A DNA stretch of 62,555 nt, counting the filler, from Collodictyon triciliatum (lineage: Eukaryota), in NCBI GenBank assembly GCA_043381765.1. It is 5 parts of 5 records of this genome, joined end to end, with 100 filler letters (N's around TTAATTAATTAA, not from the genome) between each part and the next. Parts side by side here need not be neighbours in the genome. Positions count along the whole stretch, not along the records: positions 18,922 to 32,718 come from JBHJMP010000161.1; positions 32,819 to 40,924 come from JBHJMP010000163.1; 3 more parts are not named here. The stretch is one strand, 5' to 3'. Below, one piece after another: positions 19,901 to 33,196 of this stretch. The notes beneath the pieces were generated by a model that had not been told where the DNA came from, ran no database searches, and worked only from the letters and a program-made list of their open reading frames with translations. The position numbers and the translations under genes were made by a program. Numbering within the stretch: the first letter of the stretch is position 1; the number at the start of each line of letters is the position of its first letter.

Positions 19901-22211
19901 TCAGGCAAGGTAGATGTAAATGTTGGGGTTGCTGCTGTCTCTTTCAAGAAATTCCCTCTCGATAAGTTTTTCGATGTGTTGCTTTACGGCCGGCACCTGA
20001 TTATAATGGAACGTTATTATTTTTTTTATTTTTTTTTAAAAAAGGCATCCTCTGATTCAGGTTATTTAATCTCATGGTGATTAATAGGCCATAAATATAA
20101 TCCGTAGAAGCTAACTGGTGGGTTAAATCTCGATTGGAGCTGCAAAATCACTTCTTGAACGAGGTCCACATGAGCAAGCTTCTTGCGAGATTTCATTACT
20201 CGAACAATCGCGGCCTGAAATTGCATATTTTTATGGAAAACTGGCTGAACAAAGCAAAAAAATGGCTTTACATGTTGATATAGCCAAGCTGAGAGCAAAA
20301 GGGCATAGCAAGAGAAGCTTGAATAAGTGCATCAGTTTATCTTTCCTTTTCTTTTTCTATACTTTCTTTTTCAATTCTTTAAGGAAATACAAGACTCACA
20401 GAGGGGAGGGGGTTAAAAAAAGAAAAAGAAAAAGAAAAAGAAAAAGAAAAAGAAAAAGAAAAAGAAAAAGAAAAAGAAAAAGAAAAAGAAAAAGAAAAAG
20501 AAAAGAAAAAGAAAAAAGGAAAAAGGAAAAAGGAAAAAGGAAAAAGGAAAAAGGAAAAAGGAAAAAGGAAAAAGGAAAAAGGAAAAAGGAAAAAGGAAGA
20601 AAGAAATCAGAAAAAAATACACATGCAGCTTCAAAGGAAACACTACCTCAATTTGGACCTTGCGGTCTTCTTCAACCATTTTTTTCACCTGTTGCGATTC
20701 CTCTGTGACTGCAGCCTTAACAATCCCAGTAATATTGATTTTGTGGCGTTTGCTATAAGGAATCAAGGCCGATGTTAAGCCCGGCAAAATAAATTAATAA
20801 CTTTTCTCATGAATTAAAGGTCATGTTCAAGTGTATGTACAAAAAATATATATTTTTATTAAGGATTACTTTGCATATCTTATATTTAAAGAAACATTTT
20901 TTCCGTTGCTTTCTCCCTCAGACTTGTTAATAAGTAAGATTTGAGAATCAACCAAGGACTATAAGTTGCTACAATCAGCAATTTAAATTTGAAATGGATG
21001 TGATACTTATGCATTCTATTTTTATTTTTATAGTTCCCCTCTTTGTTTGATTGAAATTATATGGGTTTTACAAATTTATCCATTTTTTTAAAAAAAGAAA
21101 GAGGATGCTGAATTTGATTTTGTCTAACATAAAATGACCTCTAAGACGCCTCGAAACACCGGTTCGCTCATGTTTGTTAATTCTTTGAGTCGATCCGATG
21201 GAATTAAAAGATCATTATTAAAATGGAGTAGAATAACCTAGAAAAGTCATCATGATGCTTTAACTTTCACATTCGTATAAAATTATCATGTAATCAAGTT
21301 GAAGGATTTTACAGAATGTCAATAACAGAAATTAAAAGGCTACTAATATTGTCTAAAGACTTTCTCACTAGAACCAATTACCATATGATAGGTAGAGACT
21401 ACAAATGTTTTTGGCTGTTTAAATATAAAATAATTAGAGCAGATTGTAAAGTCAAACACCAACGCATAGATACGCTCAAGGAGTAGTACTTGCATAATAC
21501 TTACTGTCGCAAAATATGATGCTTTAAGATCCACTTTTGAATACTGATGCAGCCAAGTTAATTTCCGTCCATTAAATCGAGAAGAGTAGAATGACTCGAA
21601 CGAGAAAATCATTTCACCAAGCTATTTTACATATGATGAATGAAATCAAATGAATCCGTTTGAAATAAAATCCAAAATTCTATGAATTTTCAATTTTTAC
21701 CTCCGAGGGAATGTGAACAGATGTTGATAGTGGTGAAACAGGCCAGCTATTTGAAGTCAAAACTTGAACGCCGAAATCAGCTACACATAATACCAATTTA
21801 CTGTGTCAGAACAAAGTATAAAGAAAACAGAGTCCTTAATGGAAACCAAATGCATGCAAGTATAGATACATTTGTGGACAATCCCTCTTTCATTTGCATA
21901 AGTCTCAAAATCAAGCTTTAGTGTTTGGTTTAGATCCATATCCGTGTACATCTTTTGAATTTTTGTAATGTACTCGATTCCGCACTCAATCTTCGATGTA
22001 AACAGAATATTTTAGTCAGGCCGCAATTATCAAATATGTATATATAGAGAGAGGCAGAGGCTAGAGAAATGCAACCCCTCAGACAAAACATACGAAACAA
22101 GGATATACACGAACGAGTATGATCTTGCTTTTAACTCAATTATACTATTTTATCCATTTTTCCTATATATGATACTAATAATGATACTAATAATGATACT
22201 AATAATGATAC

Positions 22212-22294
<83 letters not shown>

Positions 22295-23124
22295 GCGTGT
22301 ATAATAATAATANNNNNNNNNNNNNNNNNNNNNNNNNNNNNNNNNNNNNNNNNNNNNNNNNNNNNNNNNNNNNNNNNNNNNNNNNNNNNNNNNNNNNNNN
22401 NNNNNNNNNNNNAGATAAAGATAAAGATAAAGATAAAGATAAAGATAAAGATAAAGATAAAGATAAAGATAAAGATAAAGATAAAGATAAAGATAAAGAT
22501 AAAGAAAAAGAAAAAGAAAAAGGAATACGAAGTAAATCCATGATATAATTATTGATGCTTTTGAAAAGACAACAAATTACTTAAATGTTACCTATTAAGC
22601 TTAGTAATAGTTACATAATATAAAATACTTTGTAGTTTAGAATGATACGTACACATTTCGTGATACTTTGGTCTAGTTCAAATTCATCTGATACATGTTG
22701 ACTTTTTCTGAGCCTAGAATCAATATACGAAACCAACATCTCGGCAGGTTGAAGACAGTCAGCTCTTCGGGTAATGGAGTTCTTATTGATAAAACCTCTA
22801 AGAGCCTAATTTGTCAAAGATGATATTAAATTACACAAAAAACCGCGTAGAACAGTTAATATTATGTAGATATTTCAAATACACACCAAGAAAAACCTGA
22901 CATTATTTAAATGAATAGGAGCATTTAATGTTAGTATCAATATTTAATAAATAAATAAATAATACCCGGTCCATGGCCTTGAAAAAATTTTGGTCACCCT
23001 GAAAAGACATATTTATAATATGTGTATAGTAGTTACAAATTGACAGCGTCCCTTCCACAAAGAGTGAGGCGTCCTTATTTACGAAGACAATACGTTAGAT
23101 TATAGGATAATATGAATGTTGAAT

Positions 23125-23170
<46 letters not shown>

Positions 23171-24783
23171 AACAGCCAAATTTAAATACTTACAGAAATG
23201 GACTCTCCCAACTTCACTATGCTATCGATTCCATCTTGATGCATTTTTTCTTCAAAAAGGAGATGAAGAGGAGTGAGCTTATTAATCTTCGAAAGTAGTT
23301 GATACATCACAGACATTTCAGAGAGGGCATTTCTTTCGATTAGATTCGGAAACTCTGAGCACATGTAATCGAGCACCTCCTTAATGAGAGTGTCTTCACA
23401 AATTTCTATCACCTAGTCATATCATAATAAGTGAATATATTTAATATTCCAAAAAAGAAAGGAGGAGGAAAAGATGCTGCCCATACGTCATATTGATATC
23501 ATATTCGAACGAGTTGTGAATTGTCAAACCTTTTTTCTACTTTTCTCATGAAAACAGATAACTGCCAAATCAGCTTCATAGCGAAGGCAATACTCGACCT
23601 ATGAAGAGTGAAACGACAGGATAATAATTGAAGAATGGGCAGTGATATAGTTATCAAATAAAGATATTCCGGACAAATAAAGATGTTTGTTTCGGAAGAA
23701 ATAACGGATTATGCTGACAGGGAAGAAAACTTACCTTCATGACGTAATCAGTGCAAGAATTGTTTGCTATAAATAAATTTCTGTATAACGTATAGTAATC
23801 TTTCGTTCCTTTCAGTAACTCCTTTTCAAAATCTTGTTCGTACAAATGAATGGAACCGACCTTGAAATCATCTGGGCTGATACCAAGTCTTACTATAGGG
23901 GAAAAATACATATTCAGAAGCTCAATTAGAATTTTCCTCGTTTACTTCATAGAAAACGTGCCTTACCATCATTATTATTACTTTATTTTTTATTTTATCA
24001 TTTTATTATTACAAGAGTTGTTACTAATATAAATCAAACCGATGTGATTGAAAAATAACACACTTGCACAAAAAAACTTACCAAAAGATGTCACTATCGT
24101 CGATATAAGACTTCGGTCTATTTGCTCTCCGTTTCTTTCTTTATTTATGTAAGAAACAACTTCCGCCACAAGAATGGCTTTGATATTTTGATGAAGGCAT
24201 CTTTCCCATATCACAAGGAGAAACTGAAATAGAGCCATGTGGATCGTTTTTATTTACAAAGATAAGTATTCAAATTTTAATTTTTTGCATAATAGAAACC
24301 TTAACAAAAAAATTGTTCAAAAGTATGCAAAATCATACCTAGACCAAGAAAAAGAATATAAAATAAAAAAGACCAAGAAAAAGAAATAAGACGCTTTTAT
24401 TCTTGAAGACATCACAATGGCTCTCCTCAATGCTTGCAGGACTGAGGAAAAACAAACCATGAGAGTCTTACCGTGTTGATATCATATATACGTATCAGCG
24501 CATTTTTTTCCTCCGATGCAAACCAAGAACGGTTCAAGTAGTCAAAAAGGCGGCTTACTCTATGGGCACCAAGTAAGAACTGGTCCCATTTTTCTCCATA
24601 TAATTTAAGGAGTCTACCATCAATAGTTGATTGCAATAGTTCCTGTGATGGTGTAATTGATTATTTTTTTTAAAAAAAGTAACCATACAGAAAGATAGTT
24701 AAAATAGTCAAGCCTCTTTTGAGGATGGTATAGTTGACTCTTTACGTATGGTTGAGTATTGGAATTGTTTGTTTGTTTGTTTG

Positions 24784-24817
<34 letters not shown>

Positions 24818-25526
24818 TGTATGTATGTATGTATGTATGTATGTATGTATGTATGTATGTATGTATGTATGTATGTATGTATGTATACAGTTAATTATTT
24901 TCATTAATACCTCCAGAGTTTGTTTGAACTGACCCTCGGCCAATATCTCTATCCTTTCATAGATTGCTTGTCCTTTCATCGAAACTCCTTTTCCATTAGG
25001 TCCAAACATATCTGAGCTGAGAGTCTCATTCCCGAGAAAGGGAGAGGTCAGGTAGTCGTGCACAAGGCTATGTTAGAGTAAATAGAAACTCAAAAAACAA
25101 AAACAATCATCGACAGCCGAATAAGCAATGTAAAATAAGAGGGATATTGCCTTTCAACTCGTGCAAATAAAAGAAATGACTTGAATAATAGTATATGCAG
25201 CACCATTTTATATATAAAAAAAGAGCAAGCTTGTTGCTCATACGATGATAGTGATGATAATGGTAATGATAATAACTATTGGGCATTCGAACAATCGCAA
25301 ACTCATACAGAGCCATGTCATTTTGACTGACTTAATGTTTAGGTCATATATTATCATACGTATAGAGCTCAAGCCATCTTGTTCTTGGAAAGGCCTCTTT
25401 GGAGCTCGAGAGAATCTGAGGAATTTGTGGCAAGAGAAAAAGTCACGCTATTCATCGACTCAGATATAATTAAAGTTATGTCTGTTCATCGACTCGAGTT
25501 TAGTTGGCTTTTTTTGGTTCCTTTTT

Positions 25527-25617
<91 letters not shown>

Positions 25618-25758
25618 TAAATGCTTTGCATTTTGTTTGTCTAGATAAAACCGAGAGAGAAAAAAAAAGCGAGTCGGAAACAAGAGAGACAACACAAAGA
25701 CCTGGGTGATTCCTGGGGCAATCCTAGGCCAAGCTTCTTCGATGTGTATACGCTGCAT
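19901..25758 (-). CDS. Cullin (CUL1/CUL2-like SCF scaffold)
   Basis: Motifs LFDYLNRSW, INKERNGEQIDRSLI, YEQDFEKELLKGTKDYY, PAEMLVSYIDSRLRK, FNGRKLTWL, EEDRKVQIE|AAIVRVMKSRK (neddylation site) and IEKLIEREFLERD...YIYLA*. Part of the cullin core was not found and may lie in the 22313-22412 gap. Confidence 0.92.
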
Positions 25759-26146
25759 CTAAAGCCGTCGAGCGATCAGTTTGTGAGAAACAATCTCCGA
25801 ACTCGACAAACATATGCTTTCGCGCACAAGCGGCTATCACTAATCAGCATTGAGGCATAACCTCACTGCGCTTTGTATCGAATGAAGAAAAAAAAATAAT
25901 CATCAAACAGCATTTCAAGAGAAGCGATTGCGACGTGGAGCGCATCCAATACTTACAATCAATACATATATAATTCATTACAATAAACAGTGATATAGAT
26001 AATGAAAAAGGTTGTAAATAAACTTTTTACTAATTACAAGATATTTTCCAGAATATATGATTAATCAGGAATGTACAGGCTCGAATGGGCGCGCCGGGTA
26101 TACCTTTTTTTTCCTTTTTTTTTTTTTTAAAAAAAAAAATATCCGT

Positions 26147-26180
26147 CCTCGCTGCACTTTGAATCGAATAGAGAAAAAAA
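26147..26180 (+). mobile_element. Ultra-short poly(A) retroposed insert, copy 4
   Basis: CCTCGCTGCACTTTGAATCGAATAGAGA7; TSD degenerate. Confidence 0.7.
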
Positions 26181-26231
26181 TAATAACCCGTATACCAGCG
26201 AGCCCAAGATATAATTGCTCAGTTTTCCTTC

Positions 26232-26284
<53 letters not shown>

Positions 26285-26335
26285 AGAAGGATGAAGATTA
26301 TGTCGGTTTACGATTATTCGGAGGTATCAAACCAC

Positions 26336-29085
26336 CTAATTTATTCTCATGTTGCTTCCAATATTCACTGCCCGCTCTGGGGGAGTGCCTATTTTCCATA
26401 TCTTTATGGTTCCGTCGCTGCTCACAGATGCAATACCTGTGGCATTTTGTATGTTGATGAGGCCATTCACACTGGCGGTGTGGTCTATGAAAGTATCCAC
26501 TAGCAGTCCGGAACCAAAATCCCAAAGTTTGACTGTCTTGTCGAGCCCTCCAGATATAATTGACTTCTGGTCAGTCGAGATGGATGCGGCCAGAACCTCG
26601 TCAGCGTGACTCACAAGGACCGAAATCGAAATTCCAGTGAGGGTGTTCCAGACACGAATTGACCTGTCACTGCTTGCAGAGACAATTTTGCTGCCATCAC
26701 TCGAAACAGATACGCTATTGACAGAGCCCTTATGCAGTTTCAAAATTTGAAGTAGACTACCATCAGCACGACTAGATATTCTGATACTATTATCAGTGCT
26801 GCCAGATATAATTTTTTTTTCCATCTGCCGTAATGGTTACACTCTTTATGATACCAGTGTGACCAGATAAACTCATTACCAGAGAACCATCTACAATGTT
26901 CCAAACCTTGACAACCATATCACCACCGCCTGAGATAATCTCTGTTCCATCTTCGTTGACAACTACGCTATTGACAGCTCCAGAGTGTGCTACAAGAGTT
27001 TGCATAAGCCTACCACTTGCTAAATTCCATATTTTTATTGTGGAATCAGAGCTTCCAGAAACAATTTTGCTTCCATCAGGGGTTACCGCCAGACTCAAAA
27101 CGGCTCCACGGTGACCCTCCATAGTGAGAATAAGGATACCAGTGGCAGAGTCAGATACTTTAATTGTACTATCAAATCCCCCAGAGACGAGATATTTGCC
27201 ATCCGGCGTAGATGTAATGCTAGACACCCCTCCCTTGTGGGTCAGAAACGTGCCAGCAAGATATCCATAGACTAAATTCCATATCTTTATTGTTTTATCA
27301 AAACTTCCCGATATGAACTGCAGGCTGTTTGGAATGAAAGAAATGGATGTTATTCGGCTGGTATGTGCCACTATATTTCGTAGCAACATTCCTGACGAAA
27401 AATCCCAAATTCTAATAAAAGCATTTTCCTTCCCTGACACAATTTTTGTTTCGTCTGGGGTCAAAGCAATACTATACACCGCACTGTACGTGAAGTCTTC
27501 TATAGCTCTTACTAAAGTACCATCAGCTACGTTCCATATCTTTATGGTACTGTCACTACTGCCGGTTACAAATTTGGACCCGTCCTTAACTACTACAATA
27601 TCATTGACAGTGTTTCGGTGGTCTGTGATTGTATACAAGATTGCACCATCAGATACATTCCAGACACGAACTCGTGAAATACCGCTACTTCCAGCAATTA
27701 TCTTTGTTCCATCGGGAGTAAAAGCCAGACAAAATACATAGCCAATTGTCAACGTGTGAATTAAGGCCCCATCAGATGCGTACCACAACTTTACTACCTG
27801 ATCTTCTCCGCCTGAAGCCACAATATTTCCATCTACAGATATTGCAACTGCTTTGATGGCAGATGTATGGCCTTTCATGGAGAGAACCAAGGAACCTGAT
27901 GATATGTCCCAGATTTTAACAACAGTCGCTGTTCCTCCGGAAATCAGTCGAGAGCCATCTGATGATTGAACAAGATCATTCATACCGTCAAGATAATTGC
28001 TAATTTGGTAATCATAAAGCATACTGGGCAAACCCCATCCTCTAATTCTTTGGTCTAAACCTGCTGAATAGACCATAGAAGCATCAGACGCTACCACAAC
28101 AGAGTATATATCACGAGTTGGGCTAACATCAGTACGAATTAATGTGCCACTGGGAAATTTCCATATTTTTATGGTAGCATCCATGCTTCCTGAAACTAGC
28201 ATCGATTCGTCTGGAGTGACAAAGACACTCATGACCACATGTTCGTGGCCGATAAGGGTTTTAATTAAGGTGCCATCATTGATATCCCAAATCCTCATGG
28301 TGTAGTCCCATCCGCCAGATATAGCGGTGAAACCATCAGGACTCACCACAACAGATTGGACGAAGTTGGAGTGACCTAGAAGAGTTGAAATCAGGCGTCC
28401 TTCGCGGAGTGCCCAGACTTTGACTGTATTGTCCCACCCTCCAGAGACTATTTTGGAGTTGTCTGGTGTAATTGAAATGCATGATACAATATTAGTGTGT
28501 CCAATCAACGTCCTCACCAGCATTCCGTCAGAAAGATTCCATATCTTGATGGTCATGTCTTCACTTGCAGAAGCAACCTGTAGGCCGTCAGAGGTCACGG
28601 CAACATCATTGACGTTGGCGGTGTGACCAGTGAGAATTTGACTTAGTCTTCCTGTTTGAAAATTCCACACGTTAACATCCCTTTCTGTACAAGAAATAAT
28701 GAACCTTTCATCTGGTGTTATTCCAAGACATGAGACCGATGTATTGATGAACCGGACTAATAAACCGTCAAATGTCCATATTCTGATAGAATTGTCCGCA
28801 CTACCACTGATGATTTTGGATTCGTCAGGGGTAAGAACCATAGAGTTGACCGCAGCTTGGTGGCCACGAATGGCCTGTACCAGGTTTCCATTGCCATATT
28901 CACGAATTTTCACAGTGTAATCAGCCCCAGCAGACACAATTCGAGATCTGTCAGAGGTAATCACAGCACGGTTGACAGCAGCGGAGTGCACGTCCAAGGA
29001 ATAGATAGGAGACTCACAACTCACGAAGGAAAACAGAGCGCAGAGGACCAGAAAAGCTGGGAATTTTCACAAGAGTTAAATGCAT
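26336..29085 (-). pseudogene. Intronless WD40-repeat protein (~21 repeats) with predicted signal peptide; two +1 frameshifts in A-tracts (pseudogene or assembly errors)
   Basis: ORFs 26793-29024 and 26336-26824 are continuous GH..V..V..SPDG..IVSGS.D.TIKIW repeats, joined by removing one A from the A9 run at 26812-26820. Removing one A at 29064-29067 links ATG 29085 to MHLTLVKFPAFLVLCALFSFVSCESP. Confidence 0.85.
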
Positions 29086-29879
29086 ATAGAGCCCGATTTT
29101 ATGTTGGAGGTTTAAAGGTCAAAATGAGCATATAGTTCAAAGTTGTAAAAACTTTACGCGCCACCGCCACGAATTGAGATACGTCTCGTTGCATTGGCAC
29201 AAGATACTCGGCTGTTTCGCAGAATATATTTTTTTTTTTTGGTGTGAGTAAATAAAATAGTATTACACGAATATTCTTTTTACAATATGTAACTATGTGC
29301 CCCTCTGATAAAGCTTTTTCGCTGTATTCGCATAATCTTATGGCACACTTTCGAAGGGATGAAACCACTAAAGATATAATACCAATGCCACACGAGAAAA
29401 TCAAGCTGCACAGAGTAGAGAGTCTAGAGAAAATGATTGGTGATAAACTATTGCATTAAGCAGTTGATACGACCAACCACCCCCATAACACTCCGGGCTC
29501 AAATCTTTGTGTAACTGATTTCGTTTTGGCTGTGACCCACAACAAAACCAGGCACAAATCCTTTTCATCCTCATTTCATCAACAGCAGCAACGCGCATCA
29601 GGTTTGACCACAAGTTGTCAGCGCGCTTGTGGTCATATATCCATCCTATAACGCTCATCAAACCTCTCGAATAGCACTGGGCGCTATTGAGCGATTTATA
29701 TTTTTTTGGAATATTCTTGAAATATTTCTTTAACCGTACATCAACTAAGAAAACGCTTATGTGACATTTTATTTGCAATATCGTTGATATTGCTTGCATC
29801 CTGAGTCACTTATCCAAAACAACCGTTGGATCCATTCCTCAAGTGGAATATATACAAATACAATGCAGATGGTTGAGTT

Positions 29880-30060
29880 AATTATAATGTAACACATTTT
29901 ATTTACTACTAGAAGAGGCATACCAATCTTTCAAATAGTAAACCTGGTGCGCTAGTATCCAAGGTCTCGCCACTTTTTTCACAAAGGTTGTGTAGTGGCG
30001 AAGACTGCCAGGAAAGACCCGACAGCTTGTTTTTTTAAAGAGAGGTGTATATTTTTTTCT
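29880..30060 (-). ncRNA. Candidate Fanzor omega-RNA scaffold
   Basis: Three adjacent stem-loops at or downstream of the Fanzor 3' end: 29964-30005, 29943-29964 and 29902-29942. The position matches omega-RNAs of TnpB/Fanzor loci. Confidence 0.5.
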
Positions 30061-31975
30061 TGAGGATTAAAAGACCCTTTCTTGAGTATATTATCAGCGC
30101 TGTTAAAGTCCCTTGTCAAGAATACACTTTGCTTGCTTTCTAAACGATTGCATTATTTACATATGAGACATCTATATACACCATTTTTTTTTTGAATTTC
30201 CTTTCGGTTTCATATATTCCAGTTCTTTTTTGCAGATACAGCACATATTGAGGTTTTAAATTCATCTACACTGTTTCAAAACGTTTGGATATTATTTTTC
30301 GTAATCCCCTTCCGATTGTTGCCATAAGATGTTTCATCGGGCATTTTCTGCTTCAGTCTTCATATGCCAGTACAACATCCTTGCCAAATGTCTTTTCGAT
30401 TCCGTCCATAAACAATTCTTTACTTCTTTTTGTATAAACATGCTGTCTCCATCTCATCTTTCGAAAAGTTCCTTGTTCATAAAAATGTGGAAAACTCTAT
30501 CTGGCATCTTGATTTCATAGGTACATATTTTCGAAATTGTTCATAATCGACCGTGCATGAATTATGTTTACACAGTTATGTCTCTAAATCGATTAAATAT
30601 GCTCTTAATGTATCAAACCGCTGATTCTCTTCAAAAGTCCTGTGACCATAAGAAACAGCACTTTGTAAACCTGTCGCCATGCATATCCCTGAAGCATTGT
30701 GCTTTTTTTCTTGCGCAAGAGTATTTTGTGATTTTTAAGAGATTTGCTATCATGTCTTGTTTGGTGTGCCGTGTAACGTAATTTCTTACCTGTCTCATCC
30801 GCCATATAAACCAAATCAAACTTGCCTGCATCAACTACAACATATTTTTTTTTGTCGCTAATAAAGATAACTGCTCTTCGGAAAGTTCATCTATATAAAC
30901 ATATTCTTGGATTTTATTTGATTAAATTTTTGAATTTTGAATTTGAAATACCTTTCTTTTCAAATAATAATTACACTGCCAAGCCGTGTGTTTGTACCAT
31001 GTATTTAAAATGTTAGTCTCTTCATTGAAAGACTCTCTTCTTCATTTCAAAGAAATCATCCCATAGGGTCTGTTTGCATCCTGGTATATTCTTCTTTAAT
31101 TATGTTTTTCCAGTTGATACTAATATATCTATCAAACATGCAGTATCTATATATATCTATCAAGCAGTATCTAGGTTAATATGAAGCAGTAAATTGCTAG
31201 TTCTTATAGGGATTGGTTGATGTAGTTTGGGCCCAATGTCCTCAAAAGTACGATTCATGTAAATCAAACATGGAATGTACTTATTCGAATTGACTTTGGG
31301 TTATATTTTATACCATTTATAATATTGCTGGGAATAATACGATTCATTTGCATTTAATCCATTCTTTGTATTGTTCCGGTATGTCGAGTTTCTTGAAGAT
31401 GGCTTTTTTTTTAAGTTTTGTAAATCTGCCTTTTTAATAGCTTCCGTAATATCCTCATCTTTAGGTACTGTTTGGTTTATAAAGCGCAGTAGCCTCTTTA
31501 CAAAATTTTCCTTAATGCTATTATGATGAGCTGTTAGCATTAGCTTCGCCAAGTACGGTAATACACGAGACAGTCTGGCCAACGGAACGCGTTCTTCTTG
31601 GGACAAAAGGAATCGAAAATCATTCAGATAAAAAGTCATCATGTCGATACTCATTTCTGGCTTTTTAAACTTGCAGGTCTATCTTGTGAAACTACTCCCA
31701 CTGTCTTTAAAGCGTACAAAAAAAAAACATTTCATCGGTTGCTGGGAGTGATTGTGATTTGAATATGTAACATATTGCAAACAGATAAGTGTTGGTAACC
31801 AAATTATGACACAATAAAACGGTGCCGTTGATTTTATAATAGTCATCCGCATTCTTTACAACCGACTTTAGAGATGTTTTCACATTTCGATAGTCTGGGT
31901 TTACAGACTTTAGATTCTAAGACTCAAGACGCCTTGTTTTCTTTATCTGAAAGTCTTTGTTTTACTTTTTGCCTG
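29980..31975 (-). pseudogene. Degenerate Fanzor1 (TnpB-derived RuvC RNA-guided nuclease)
   Basis: Fragments across frameshifts and stops: YRNVKTSLKSV; HHNSIKENFVKRLLRFINQ; LIYMN..PKLHQPIPIRT..HINLDTA; RuvC-I VVVDAGKFDLVYMADETGKKLRYT (D 30830-30832); KMRWRQHVYTKRS; RuvC-II VDEFKTS (E 30261-30263); CCIC...VYRCLICK*C zinc finger; RuvC-III RDFNSADNI (D 30108-30110). Confidence 0.88.
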
Positions 31976-32574
31976 TAGAAAACTACCGAGTTTTTAATTT
32001 TAATAAAACTTTAGTCAATTGGTTAATTTAATACAAACAAACAACTGCACAAAATCAATTTATGTAAAATTAAGCATCTACTGAGACTCTCAAAATGTGC
32101 GCATTGTGGCAAACAAACACAAAGTTTTTTTTACAGGTGATTCGAGACAAAACGCTGAGAACCGATTCGGCGAGTTCGAAAGGACAGCCCTTAGCCATTG
32201 CGGCTGAAAGTCAACATATCGGCTTCAAACAAAATGATTGCCGCAGCAAGTGTAGATAGAATGCTCTTTCGAAATGCATGTTTGGTGGCAGGTTTATAGG
32301 ATTGGCTCTGTCTGGGCTAATGCAACCGCTTATTTATAATCTTGAATTAATATTACATAAATGGTAAATAAAATATAAATTGATTACAGGAATAGAATAC
32401 GATTATTAAGTTTTTTTTTAATCTTTATTATATATACTAATCATACTAGAATATTATTCAGGTTCTTTCTAAGATTCACCGAAGCTCCTGCTTTCGTCAA
32501 TCCAGATTCAATTCGATGGTTGTCTGTGTAATAATCTGCTATATATGGGTACACTATCATTGTGTAAAAAGTGT

Positions 32575-33196
<622 letters not shown>

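Noticed and set aside
26087-26205. Imperfect inverted repeat (gggcgcgccgggtatac / gtataccagcgagccc) flanking insert copy 4, as a MITE
   Set aside because: Single occurrence, several mismatches and no clear TSD.
26812-26820. Programmed ribosomal frameshift in the WD40 gene
   Set aside because: A homopolymer error or pseudogenising slippage is simpler. A second extra A exists at the 5' end and no stimulatory structure was seen.
29401-29799. 132-aa ORF between WD40 and Fanzor as a transposase or accessory gene; alternative frame contains VPGFVVGHSQNEI (PKS acyltransferase-like)
   Set aside because: No catalytic motif is recognisable in the ORF. The GHS-like peptide is short, bounded by stops and lacks the conserved Gly.
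29878-32073. Terminal inverted repeats with TTAA TSD (piggyBac-like) around Fanzor
   Set aside because: Similarity between the ends is weak and AT-rich, so it cannot be told from chance without sibling copies.
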